Positions 13,401 through 26,865 of a stretch of DNA of 64,000 bases are shown in pieces; the first letter of the stretch is position 1, and each line of letters opens with the position of its first letter. The translations under genes were made by a program, and so were the position numbers. This stretch comes from Welwitschia mirabilis (Eukaryota). Below the pieces are notes generated by a model, which searched no databases, was not told where the DNA came from, and saw nothing but the letters and a program-made list of their open reading frames with translations. The stretch spans positions 6,484,373 to 6,548,372 of the forward strand of contig JBOZIK010000001.1 in the NCBI GenBank assembly GCA_051453625.1. Reading direction: 5' to 3'.

Positions 13401-16400
13401 TATATTTTTCATAAATTTTTGTTTCTTATGACAACATCATTTTACTTGGAGTCTACCTATTTTGTGTTAAGTATTATGACAATTAGATTATTACAAGATG
13501 TATTTCCAAAAGTAATAGTATTAGCATCTTAAAATTTGTCATAGTTGCATACGTGATAGATATTTTAGTGGATAGAAGAATTATGTCAAGGTATTAAATA
13601 TACATTTTTCTAATCTATTCTATGTAAATATTCCTAAGAAATTTTACATCATGTGATAAATATCAAAGGATGTGTAGTTTAAGTAAATAAACTAGAAGGC
13701 TTCTTTAACTTATTATTATGTATAAACCATTTAACGTATGGGGCTTTACTTTCATTATCCCTTTTTACTTTATTTCCAACATTAATATGTTCTAATGTGT
13801 ATTGATTATGTGGCCCATTAGATTAATGAAAAAATGTTATTATAGTAATAATGTTAAGACTATGATAAGATTTCTTAGAAAAGAAGTTAACTTATCATTT
13901 TGATCATTCAAAGATTATTATCAGTGATCAAGGCACTTATTTTTGTATTATAGTGCTTAGAAATTTTACATTAAAATGTTAATTTAATTATAAAGATGCA
14001 ATATCTTGTTAGTTACAAATAAATAGATAAGTTGGACTCAACATCTATAAAATTATACACATATTATAAAAGATGATGAGTGCTAATAGGAAATATAGGT
14101 CATTAGTTATACATGGATCTATGAGCATATTATACTACTCATAAAACTCTTATTGACATGAATTCTTTTATGTTGGTTTATGACAAGAAAATTTTTCTAC
14201 TAGCATAAATTAAACATAAGGCTTTAGAGCACCTTAAAAATTTAATCATGATCTAGTTAGAAGTACAAACAAAAGACTATAACAAATTAATGAATTACAT
14301 AAGTTAATGTTAAATTCTTATGAAAATTAAGTTTTGTTATAAAAGAAAATAAAATATTTCGTAACAAAGTAATTTTGAGAAATGAATTTTATAAAGGTAA
14401 GAAATTTTCAATGTATAATTTTAGGTTTCACCTCTTTCAAAGAAAATTTAGGTGTAAATGAGAAGATTCTTATAAGATCATGAAATCTTTCATATGAGGA
14501 AGTTAATGTTAAAGATCTTACTAATGGTTATATTTTAAGATTAGTGATTCAAAGCTTAAACTATTTACTAATCTAATCACACCTAATCCAAATGATAGCC
14601 TAAGACCAGAATGATCATCCATCTAACTTTATAAAGTCCTAATCATAGATGATTAAGCATTCTTAATTAGAGAGTTCTAGTCATAAATGATTAAGCATTA
14701 TTGATGTTTTTAGTGGATTATCTAGGGGAGGTAAGAGGATGTGTGAAAAATATTAGTTATCCTTTCTCTAAACCATTTTTATTGGTTTATATCATATGCC
14801 TAGTCTTAATTATCTCTTCATATGTAAATAGTTGATTTTTATGGTAATTTTAATATATGTAGTTTATGAACTTATACTTCTAATGTCTTTTATTTTTTTT
14901 TTTTTTGGTTTAAGTAAATTTTCATGAAAATTTAGTGTTTAATGTCGGATTATAGGGTATAGAAGTGTCTATTAAGATTAGACATATGGTTGGAAAGTAA
15001 AACTTCTTCCTGACATAATTGTGATTGAAGGATTTAATTGAGTGAGTTGAAGTGATATAACATGTGAGAAGCCCAGGGATAACTACAAGTTTTGGAGAGA
15101 CTTTAATTAGGTTATACATTAGAGATAAGCCAAAAAGATATAAAATTTTAAGTTTTTTATTATTATTTAATTTTATTATCTTTATTAATTAGATTCTTAA
15201 TAAGTAGCACCTATTTTACTATATTTAATAACATCTTCTACCTAAAAATAATTACAAACATAGACATCATGATTCACATCACACAACTTTATTAACTCTA
15301 TTACTTAGCTTTTAATTGACTTTATGGGTTTTACATACTTGTATTGGATGTTAAGGCATAAGTCCACATGGATTCTTATTTAATTTTATTAATGAAAATT
15401 TAACCCTCATGCTCTACCATCTTTTTAATCTTAACTCGTCTTTTACCCTTATCTTCAACTTCATCTTTTAGGTCACATCTTATGCTACCTAAGTAGAATT
15501 CATTAATAATCCATTAAATGATATCAGACTCTTTTCTTTATCATTTTATATTGATAGCACTAGTCAGTCTCATTATTACTCGAATTTCATATTTTTAGAA
15601 ATATTTTAATATAATTTCATCTCATTTTATGAGACCTAAGGTTTACACTGATTATTTTGTTAGTATTATTTATTTTAAGGTTTTTTAAAATTTATTTTAT
15701 GTTTTCTTTTAATAAACCTTGAAATGCACCCTTTTTCATGATAAAACTCTATTGGTGTTAAGTCTTAGATATCTTATCAAAATCTTTCATATTTTATGCA
15801 TGATTGTTTCCCCATTCAAGCCATATGTTTTATAGAGGTCAATTTATCTATCACTTTGTCCTAATCATTCAGTCTCTTAGGTCTTTCAGAAAATTGAGTT
15901 TTCTATAGAATAAGTATTTACTATCAGACTTTGAAAATTTAATTTAGATGATGAATAGATGATTTATCCATCAATGGATTTGACATTTGTTAGTATAACT
16001 GCCAAAGTTAGGGTTTTGTGCTTATATGATTAAAAAATTTATTTAGAAATTTATAGGACAATAAAGACCAACAAAGGATATGGCCTTATTTAATTAGTAA
16101 TGCAAATACTAAGTGGCCTTTTAGATTTATGGCAAATGCCTTAGACATCACTTACTGAAAGCATAATTTGAAACTCAGGAATGTTCAAATTACTAAAGCA
16201 ATGTTAATTCCTAGTCTTTCTAGTTTATATATTAATCTTGCAGAGTTTAAAAGAGGTTTTTTCCTTCAAAAAACACATGTAATTATTTTTTTCTTACTGA
16301 ATTATTCTCATTAATGTTTATGCGTATATCCATAAATTTCATCTTTTTGCTCATACTTTGAGGATACCTAAAAGGTTTAGAGATGATGAATCATTGTATG

Positions 16401-18800
16401 TACCTTTTCTTATGTTCAAATGTGTAACTTAATCTAGTGAGAGGGACAAAATCACTTATTATTCTTCACTCTTTGCCATTTAAAAAGACATTATGCATTA
16501 GCATCTTCATCCTTTCCTTAGCTAAGAAATTGTCTTTCTTACTCACTTTACTATAGAATTCCATTAATAAGGTTGTGCTAAATTTTACTAATCTAAGAAA
16601 CGGACAGAACATCATAAGGTCAAAGAGTCTAAAGTTTAGAATGAGATTCAAGCCTTGTATAAGGAGATGAACTAAATTTTAGCATGTTAATCAATGATTG
16701 AATCACTATGATTCTATATTGAGAGGAATAAAAAAGGCATTTAAATTTCTCTATAATTTTGTGACTATTATCAAGGTTGAGCTTTGCATTTTAAGTTATA
16801 AATCATTCAAAAATTGTTTAGTAGATTAGAATATGTTATTCTGAAGAGTTCTTTAATACCAAATTATTGCTTCTTATTTTATGTAATAATACTTCTTGAT
16901 TGGTACAAGACTATTGGTTATAAGAGTGTGTACATGTCTTAGATTATTCTATGTACTATGAAGTCCAACTTATTGATTATTCTATGTACTATGAAGTCCA
17001 ACTTATTAATGTACATGCCAATCATTATCAAGTTGAATGATTTAACTTATTACATGCTAGTTTGAAGTAGCATGTCTTACTTCTTGTTTCCTTGCAAACT
17101 CAAGCAAATGAGGGTTTTTCAAGGAGTTACTTCCTTGTGAAAACTAGAAATGGTACAAGGTAGATGCTTTGGTAAAGCTCAATTTTGATTGCAAAACAAG
17201 GTGCATGTATTTAGTAATCAACCTAGATAAATTTATTCACACTTTAGTTACATTACCAATTAAGAACTTAGACTTACCAAAGTGGCACCTTGACATTTTT
17301 AACTCAAATGATTTCAAAATTTAATTTAAACTTTATCATTACATCTGAAATGATGAAAACCTTTAATTTTAGTAGTCATTTGTAGAAAACAATGTTCATG
17401 TGACAAAGTTATGGGCATTTAAAGTTTTGGTCAAAATGATAATATTGTCATTCCACATTAATAAGACAACTTAATAGCACTACATCATTATCTTAATCAT
17501 CACTCTACATCTTTATCATCCCTTATAATATCCATGTCATCTTCATCTTATCATCATATCATCATTTTTTTAATCTTCTCATCATGTACATTCTTTGCCT
17601 TATTAAAAGATTTGATATTAAAAATTAAACTTTCTACCTATAATTCCAATATTCATCTCTTGATATTTTTGGATTCCTAAAATTATTTAAAATATCATTT
17701 CTAATTTAAAATTAAAATTTCTCCCCATAATTCCAATATTCATTTCTTCTTATTTTTCCATTTCTAAAGTTAGTTAAAAAATTATTTCCTATTGTTTAAA
17801 TTTGTTTTTACTACTTTAAATCTTATTCTTGTTTTCTTAAACCTTACTAGTTATGATATTTGTTTTCCTTCAACCTTAAAATCTTTACCATTCCTCTTTT
17901 AAGTATTTTCTTTTAAAATTTAATTATATTTCATAAAAATTTATTTGGGTTTTAAACCCTTCTTTCCACATGTGAAGCCTTATCTTCTTTCCCATTACCA
18001 CTTGGACATAATGCAACATAGTTAATATTAGTAGTTGGATGGCCTACTCTGAAATGATAAAACTGAAAAGTGGCTATGACATGATTTAGATATGTATAAC
18101 CACATAATCATCCTTAACTGGATGTGTTGTTTCCATCTAAGCTAGAGCTTTGTACATGAGAAAAAGAAATAGGTTTAATACCCTAGCAATAAAGGATTCT
18201 ATTTAATCAAAGAAAAAAAGGAAAAATGCTTAAGTCTGTGGATTTTTAATCCAAAAGTTCTTAGCAACTTAAGATCTTAATGAGTGAATTAGGGGAGAAA
18301 TTTTGAGAGGCTGTTTTACTAAGTGTTTATTAGAATTAGCCTTTAGATTACATATAGCTAGTAAAAATGTCATTCTGATTTTGGCCCCTATCAAATTTGC
18401 TACAACTTAGTTATAAATCTCCTTCATTTCTGAAAAGTTGGCTTGTCATTTTTCAAATCAAGATTTATGCAACTTGTATCAGCTTACCTTAAGGCTTTTA
18501 CATCAATGATCCTTTTGTTCTTAACTGTAATATAAATGACTAATTAGGAGCCATTTGAAAAGAAATGAAAGATTTTTTTTTATTTTTGTTAAAAATTTAT
18601 TTTAAATAAGGCTTCCTTGAGGATGCATTATCCTTGAAGAGTAGAGTATGGAGTACTAGATTATTGATCAAAAAAATCAAGTGCTAAGATTTCATTGTAA
18701 CATTTCAAAATTGCAAATCAAGGAGGGAAAATTAAACTACTAAGAAGATTTCGTTAGGTTCATCTTTTGTCTTTGGTACATGAGATTTTTAGCTATCTTT
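10450..18800 (+). mobile_element. Highly degenerate Athila-like Ty3/gypsy LTR retrotransposon (pol remnants ~12300-14560; outer limits uncertain)
   Basis: RT MPFGLxNAP-like remnant ~12460-12520. Integrase remnants: SCDKYQR ~13648, PFNVWG ~13727, ISDQGTYFC ~13920, AY.T.HKT.I.M.SF.LVY.K ~14125-14190, RFHLFQRKFRCK ~14424. Confidence 0.7.
16942..17007. repeat. Perfect 33-bp tandem duplication
   Basis: gattattctatgtactatgaagtccaacttatt occurs twice head-to-tail. Confidence 0.95.
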
Positions 18801-20844
18801 AAGCAATTCATGTGGACATTATTTTTGCACATTATTTGTAAAATTTAAATGTAAATATTTAACATCCAATTAAAACGTTGAGCCTATTAAGATCCATGTT
18901 TTTTATGCACATATAACATAACAGAATATACATTTACACAAGAACGAAGGCATGACAAGTTTTTGATTTTTTATCTTTTGTATGATGTACATGATATTTT
19001 CTCTAGTTTCAATTGTAGTTTGTGTCTAAGAAATGTGGAAATTTTATTTTGTAAGTTTCTTCAGTAATATTTCAAAGGTTGCATAAGTAGTTAAAACCCT
19101 TTAACAAGTGTTTTAAATTGAGTATATGAATCATATTTTCTAGGAAAATATGTCTTATTGCTTGATTTTTTACAATTAATTGGAGCAGTGAATTTACATT
19201 TAAAGCACATAATTGTCTAAACATTTTTATAAAAGTTTATGCATATTAAAATTCTCAAATTAAAATTCCCTATTAGTTTTTTGGGTTACTGCACTTTTTT
19301 ATGTACAAGAATAGATTCATCATCTTGAACTTTATCTATTCTATCTCTCTTTTCTTCTATTTATGTGTTGCACAGATGTTTTTAGAACAAGAATTTTAAA
19401 CGAAACTTTGTATATAGTTTTTTTGCTTACGAACCCTACTATATGCATCAATTAGTGTGAGTAAAATAATATTTTCTAATTTTTGACTCAAATTCTCAAT
19501 TTTCTATCCTACATATTCTTCCTCTTAAATTGCAAATTAGATTTCATAAAACTGTAAGCTATTTTTAGTTTGTTTGAGCATATATAATTGCATTTAATGA
19601 TTTTATTGATAAATATCCATTACTTGAAATATGATAAAACATAATTAACCTTTACTTTAGATGAACTACTTAATGCATATTTAATGATCATATTGTTTCT
19701 TATGTGAAAAATGATGATTTCGGTTTAATAGTTTCCATTTATCTAATAATATAAATATTTATATTTAACATTAAAAAAATTCTAATGGATGTATTTAAGC
19801 ATAATAAGTTATTTTAAGCTAATTTATATATAATTTTTAAAATTTAGATGCTATCTTAAATAAATACTCTCTCGCCTCGCTCGGCCCCCCCCCCCCCCCT
19901 TCTTTCTCTTCCCTTTCCCCCTCTTTGTTTTTCTCTCTCTTTTAGATTAGTTCAACCATGCAATAAAGAATCTATGTGTAGGATCATTAAAATCAAAATT
20001 ATGTTTTCATTTTTAGATAATGAGAATAATGTGCTTATGTAAAAAGAAGTGCAGATTCAGTACTTGCTCTACCATCAAGTTATTTCCAATTCAAGAAGAA
20101 AAAGGTTTCATAGAAAATACTGAGCATGTTTGATAAAAATATTTTGTTATGTCAAGATTTAATTTGCATTATAGAAGAATAAGAGCAAGTGATATTGCCT
20201 AAAACTTAAAGGAATATTTAGCACAAGGACTAATCTTGTGAATATCAATTAAATGAATTATCAAGTAAAACAAAATCATAAGAAATATTTGCAGTAAAAT
20301 TTTGTAAGTTCAGTTGTTGAAGTGCCTTTAGTGCTTAAATTAGCAGAGAAATGTTGACCATCCATAAAAACAGTAATTGAGGTTAATTAAGAAGGATTTC
20401 TTGTGCGATCTTATAATTTTACTCCTTCCAAAATTGGAGCACATAAGTTGGGCTAGTCAATTAAATCCAAATTAGGCATGGAAATGTAGATCTACAAGAT
20501 AGATCGATTATAAGTAGGAAAGAGATGAAAAAGAAAGCCCAAACTCTTTACTCAAATCTTTGAAATGCTTTATAATACTTTCACTTTATCAGTAGCTTTA
20601 CGTTGGAGTGGTCTTTTGGGATTATCATCACCCCTAATAACCCTATGTGTTTTTTAGTTATGACTTTCCTTTTTGGTGGGGTTAGTCTCAATTGAATAAA
20701 TATGCTTTCTCTTAGTCATCTGAATATCTACTTAACTCTTTTATTAACATAAGATGTAACATTTCACCATCATAATCATTAGGGGTGGCAAGCCCAAAAC
20801 TTTTAGTAACTCTTTAATTACATCCAACTCTTTATAATGTGGTG

Positions 20845-20915
20845 AAAAGGGTATTCAAAAGTTCGAACTCATGACCTCCTAAGTGAAAAATGAATATCCT
20901 ATTAATTCAACAACT
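20845..20915 (-). other. tRNA-like (Glu-like) SINE head or pseudo-tRNA remnant
   Basis: Minus strand reads taggatattcatttttcacttaggaggtcatgagttcgaac: a B-box-like GTTCGAA with a tRNA-Glu-like upstream part. No intact cloverleaf. Confidence 0.35.
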
Positions 20916-20945
20916 CATCAAACTGTTTCCTACTACTTACATTGT

Positions 20946-21300
20946 TCACGTACGTGATCCCACTACTTACTTAACCCACCTCTTAATTGCTTAGAGCAGC
21001 TCATTTTTATATTGAAAAAAACACCCATTTAAATTCCTTGTGCCATTTGACACTACAAATTGTTTCCATCGAAGGCTGGGTAGAAATTTGCTCCATCCAA
21101 AGCCACACTTACAAATTATCTTCCTAAGCACATGATGCGATGTGATACGTCAAATTTCAAAGAGAGAGGCAACGATGGTCGTAATAAGAGTATGCGTTGT
21201 ACTACCCGCTCGTACTGTAGCACTTGCAGTACAAACACCACCGCAAAAATCGAAGGCTACCTCCGAGCTTATAATGCATCGCTGCTTCCATTCGCAAATC
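20946..21300 (+). promoter_or_regulatory. MIR408 copy A promoter: GTAC (CuRE/SPL7-type) cluster and TATA box
   Basis: GTAC at 20950 (inside palindrome tcacgtacgtga), 21199, 21212 and 21229. TATAAT at 21270. These motif blocks are shared with the copy B promoter. Confidence 0.75.
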
Positions 21301-21343
21301 GCGAGCGTTTCGTCGGATTCTTGATTCAATTCTTGAGCAAATA

Positions 21344-21533
21344 GAGGGAGCGAAAGAGCAAGGGACGCGGCAGCGCATGGAAGTTTCAGCAGCTTCCGCT
21401 GAATCATAAATCAAAGAATTGGAAGAAATAAAAATTCAAGATTTGCAGAAAAGATTGAAGAATTGAAGAACTGAAGATGAAATGCTTCCGGAAATCCCAT
21501 GCGCTGCCTCTTCCCTGGCTCCTTCTCTCCCTC
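21344..21533 (+). ncRNA. MIR408: MIR408 precursor, copy A (mature ~21499-21519 ATGCGCTGCCTCTTCCCTGGC; star arm ~21359-21380)
   Basis: Mature sequence differs by 1 nt from canonical miR408 ATGCACTGCCTCTTCCCTGGC. Arm 21344-21380 pairs with 21497-21533 over 37 positions with 5 mismatches and no bulges, and an imperfect upper stem continues. Confidence 0.93.
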
Positions 21534-22069
21534 CTTTTTTCCTTTTTGCAATCCCCTACTTTTTTTTTCTTTTTTCCTTTGTTTTTTTTTTTTTTTTTTT
21601 ACTGTTGTTCACCAAACTGCAACTGTAACATTGTGAGCAGATTTGTATGGAAATTGGCGCGTCAAAGCAGATAGATAGCATGTCTGCACCTTTTCCAAGC
21701 TTTCTTCTGCGATTATTTCCTTCAAAGTCTCATAAAAGAAATGGCGTCGTTTGAACAGCCAAATGAAGACCTCCAACGGCCTCTCTACCAAAAGGGAATT
21801 TCTTGGTAAATATATTAATGTTAATCACTCTAGACCTTTGGTTTTACTGTATCCTTTTTACTATGTTTTTCATTTAATAAGTCAATACTAATAACGATAT
21901 TTTATAATTAAAAAAATATTTTTTAAATTAAACTCACAACTACAAGTAGTTATAGAAGCATTGCTCTACCAATAAGATAAGATCTATAATAGTTCTTTAA
22001 GTTTTGATGTGAGAATAATTTCTTTTAATTAATACTAAGCCATATTATGTAATCAAAGTATAGTTTGCT

Positions 22070-25000
22070 CGGAGAGGATGGAGGAACCCTTAAGAGAGAT
22101 AGTGCAAATGTAGCAGCCCAAGGGACAGGAGCAGAAACATCAGATTTTACTACTCCAATCTCAGAATGAAGCTCGGCATGTTAGCTCTCACGTTAAGGAT
22201 GAAGGTTTAAAAGAAAATGATACCCCTTTTAGACCCCAGGATGGATTTTTTAAACAAAAGCAGTGGTTTGTAGTAGATTTTGTTGGATGGTCTCACATGC
22301 AACTTTTAGATCTTAAAGTTCAAAATCTTATAAAAGGTTGGGGTTCTTTTGTTCATTTTAAAGCTTTAGATAATAACAAATAGATTTTTTATTGTAAAGA
22401 TGGGGCCAAATGTTCTCGAACACTAAAAGAAATAGATTTTTTTGGAGTGTTTGATTGGCTTTTTCACCTTAGGGGTCTAAGAGTTTTTCAATGGAATAAA
22501 TCTATTTTTTGAGATTGGAGTGTTTATGGTTTAAACTCTTTGATCTAGATCCAGATCTTTGGATTTCGGATATTCTATTTAAACTTTTAAAGCCTGTTGG
22601 TAGATTGTTCTTTTGGGATATGAATGACTTTTTTAAGGGCCTTAAATGCAAATCACTTAAAGTTTGTTTAGTTTCTAATAAGAAAAAGGATTTCTTTCTA
22701 GAATTGTTTATTAATTGGAAGAGAACTATCAAAAGCTCTTTTGTTGTACCTATCTTTCCTAAAACTTGTTGCACTCCAAAAGAGCTAGGCAAAAAGGAAG
22801 GGTCAGATAAAAATCATAATCCACACTTAGAAAGGCAAGGCTCAAGCAAAAACAACTCTTCAAAGAACAAGTAGATTTTAGCAGTTTCAAAAAAAAAAAT
22901 CCTATTGAAATGGAAGAAGGAATAGATACTATAACTATTAATGTGAATATTTCTATAGAAGATGATTCCAAAATGGAAACTTTAGCATAACACCAAAAAG
23001 ATTCTATTATCTCTTCAAATGCAATGGAGAAATTTTTGAAAATCATGCCAAATCCTCAATAAAGGAAGAATAGGTTATGGAAGGAGTTAAAAAATTTCTT
23101 TGCACAAGAGTAAAAATGAGGGTTTAAAAAGACTAGGCTCAAATAATTAGCATAGTTTAACAGTTAGAAACAAACCCTCTTACAATGGTATAAGGACTAG
23201 GTGTTGTAAATATCAAAGAGAATATTTCTACAGAAGAAGATCCCAAATTGGAAACTATAGCTCAAGCCCAAAAGGAGGTAGCTCACTTTCGGAGAAATCT
23301 AATGTAGTAAATAAATGTTTAGAAGATCTTGTCAAATCCTTAGTAGAAGCTACACAAGGTATAAAAGGAAGAAGATTTTCTTTTTACAAAAGTGAAAGAG
23401 GACCTAGAAGATATTCTTAATGTTCGGGACTTAAATCCTCAAAGATTGTAAACACAGGACAATAACCAAAGATCTAGAAATATCGAAATAATGTGAAACA
23501 AAGACCATCATTTTTTATCCTCCCATATGAACTTAGAAGCTATCATGGAGAAGCCTCATCCTCCAAAAAGATAGGATGCCATGCTCTTAGGGGGAGCTAA
23601 AAAAATGTTGATACTCTTTATTTGTAGGAGACCAAAATAGATGAATCTTCTAGTATTTAGGTTACTAGAAGGATTTATAAAAATGCAGGGTTTTCCCTTA
23701 GGTTAGCTAGTGCTAGATTAGGGGTATCTAGACCATATGGAAGAATTCTTTAGATATCTCTTTTTTTAATCCCTCAGATCATATGTTGATGGTTAATATT
23801 AATCAAGAAAATCCTTGGATACTCATCAGTACCTATAGCCTAGTCATCACAGAAAACAAACTTCAATCATGGAGTAATTTCCCTTAAAAGGTTAACTTGG
23901 CTCTTTTCTTTTTGATTTATGATGATGTTAATAATGTTATTAACTGATGAGAAAAAATAGGAGGTGATACTTGGTAGAACTTGGATACCGAAGTTGTACC
24001 TCAGGGGATTAGAATAGCTAGTCTTATAGGTGTCTTTATTCCCAACTACCCATATACCTGAGATAATATGATAAAATGAATCCAAAGGGCTTATCACAAA
24101 CTAAAGCATTTTACATGATCTCCAAGCTGGCTTCTTTAATTTCAAATTATGCATGCTTAGAAATTAGCTAGAATAATCTTAGATCATTGGCTAATCCTCT
24201 TAACCACAAAGTATAACATGATTAGACCTTCAACAATTTTTAGATGGAAGAAAATTTGGAACAATAATGAAGGGATTACAAAACTTATGCATAATACATG
24301 GAAAATGGAAATACCATGTTGTGCTCAATATAGGCTTTGGTCTAAACTTAGGGCTATTAAAGAAAAACTTCTTAGATTATCTTTCACCAAGAAGAATAGT
24401 TCAAAACCAAAAAAAAAAAAAAACTCAAGAAAAATATCTTTCTTAGTGTTAGTGTGTAAGATTAGATTGAAATAAGTTTGGCGATGAGAGCAATAAACTT
24501 TTTCATTCTTATGCTTCCATTAAACATTTGTGTAGGCATTAAAGGTTTAGAAGGCAAGTGGCCTATTTATCAAAAGGACATTGAAAAGGAAGCACTTAAC
24601 TTTTTCAAGAGCATTCTAAGTGAAGGCACTCTAATTGATAACTGTAAGGTGGATACATTCGTATAAGATCTTAACAGAAAGCTCCATCTAAAACATATTA
24701 AATTAATAAACAAAATGCCCTTAATGGAGGAGGTAAGAAATTTTATCTTCTCAATGTCAAATAATAAATATCCTAGTACAAATGGCTTTCCAACCAAATT
24801 CTTTAAAATTAATTAGGATTTAGTTAAGGAAGATGTTCTCAATATGGTTTTTGAATTTTGGAAATCAATAAGCTCATTAAGGAGCTTAACTACACTTGGA
24901 TCATTCTTATTCTAAAAAAGAGAATGCTAAATCCTTTAAGAAATTTAGACCCATTAGTTTATGTTTAATAGTCTATAAGGTCCTATCAAAATTTCTTGCT

Positions 25001-26865
25001 CTAAGGATTAAAAAGATACCCCAAGTATTATGACTTAAGAAAAAGTAGGATTTTTACAAGGATGTAAAATTGTAGATCAGACTCTTTTAGTTCAAAAAAT
25101 TATTTATTCTACTTCTAAATTAAAAAATCCCAATATTGCTCTCAGGCTAGATATTTTCAAGGCCTATGATAAAATCAGTTAGAACTATATGATAAATGTA
25201 CTTGAAAGGTATGACTTTACTAATCATTGGATTAGTAAACTTGAATATTTTTATACTTCTAGTAATTTTTTATTCTCATCAAGGGTGTCAAAACTACCTC
25301 TTTTGATGCCCTTATGGTCTAAAAGAAGGGGATCCTATTTATGCTTATCTCTTTATTTTACTAAGGAAGGATTTTCTACAAGACTTAGATCTCTTAAGGA
25401 AAAGGGCTTTGTAAAATGTATTACCCTTACTTATGGTTGTGAGGAATATAATTTACCCACTCACAGTTTGTGAATTATATAATGCCCTTTATTGAAGGCA
25501 ACTTATCCTTTATTACTGTTATAAAAATGTTTTTATAGGATGTTTTTCTAAGACTTAGGACTTATACTTAATCTTTACAAGAGTAATTTTTATTGCTTTA
25601 ACATTGAAGATAATGAGGCAAATGTATTTAGTCATATCCTTGAATGTGATATAGACTAGTTTTCTAAAAAATATTTGGGTTTGACTTTGTTTATGAGTAG
25701 GATAAATAATGATATGTTGAGTGATGTGCTAGACAAAGTTCATGAAAGATTAGCTAGTTAGAAAGATTATCTTCTTTCACATGCAGGTAGATTTTAGCTC
25801 ATTAGACCTTGTATTCAAGCTATTCCACTTTATCTTATATTCACTCTAAAAGCTCCTAAATCTATTATTAACTCTCTGGAGAATATAGAAATATCCTTCT
25901 TGAGGGCCTTGATCTTAAAAATTTGTTAGCTATGACCATTACCCTTATGAGTAAGCTCATATGCTAGTTGCATACAAAAAACGAACCTTGAATTTCTGTT
26001 ATGAAGCATATATAGATTCATGGAAATATTTCCTTTTGTCAATTTCAAATGATAGTGGATGTCTCTTCCACTTGATGAGCTTTTCAAAAAAACAAGGATT
26101 GGTTTTGTCAAAGAATAACTCTTAATGCATAGGATTATAGGTGGAATAATCATGACTCAAATAGGATATGCATTTATAATGGGTCATTATGAATGAGATG
26201 AAAAAGCTAGTTTTTTATGTAATAGAGTCTTAACACATGGACATGAATTTTTTGCTTATAAGCTTATAAAAGAAAAACTTTCAACAAAAGATTTTATTTA
26301 TCAGAGGGAAATAATTAGAAATAATGTATGCATTTGTGAATAGATTAAAGAAGACTCTCATCTTTTCCTTCACTTTTCTTTAACCACTTACATTATGAGG
26401 AAACTTAATGATCTTTATATTAGTCTTAGAACTGATAACTCCATTTGGACAATAGTTAGATCTTGAAAACAAAACTCTGACAAATTGAATAATCATGTTT
26501 AAAATGCTTTTATAATCATTCTTCTCTATCATATGTAAAAAAAAAAAATAATCATAAATCTCTCTCTTAGTATATGCTTTTCTCTGCAAATTCTATTTGG
26601 TTTCATACCCTTAATGAATGAAAATACTTAGTTCAAGAATAAGTTTCAAGTGCTGGAATTAATGTTCATAGATCTCAATCCTGTAAGTGATTTGTTTTTT
26701 TCCCCTTCTTTGTTATGTACTATTCTTATTTGTCTTTGATGCTTACTTTTTATTCTTTAGGCTACATGATGCCTCTTTACTAACTTATTCCTTTCAAGCT
26801 GGATCCTGTCGTATGACCTTGTATTATAATATAAGGATTTCTATTTTTTTTCAAAGGGGAAAAAA
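22070..26865 (+). mobile_element. Near full-length degenerate L1-clade LINE
   Basis: ORF1-like region at 22100-23700. RT remnants: GFPTKFFK ~24784, FRPISLC ~24944, LDIFKAYDKIS ~25147, KYLGL ~25669, LSHAGR ~25774. C-terminal Cys/His (zf-RVT-like) remnant ~26325-26372. A-rich end ~26860. Confidence 0.88.

Noticed and set aside
19866-19945. Poly-C/CT tract, plus (AC)n at ~30527 and (TA)n at ~37713
   Set aside because: Ordinary simple repeats with no further supporting structure.
21132-21791. Short ORFs on both strands over MIR408 copy A, considered as proteins or a miPEP
   Set aside because: They reflect local GC content. The plus-strand upstream ORFs begin before the TATA box, and no frame is conserved with copy B.
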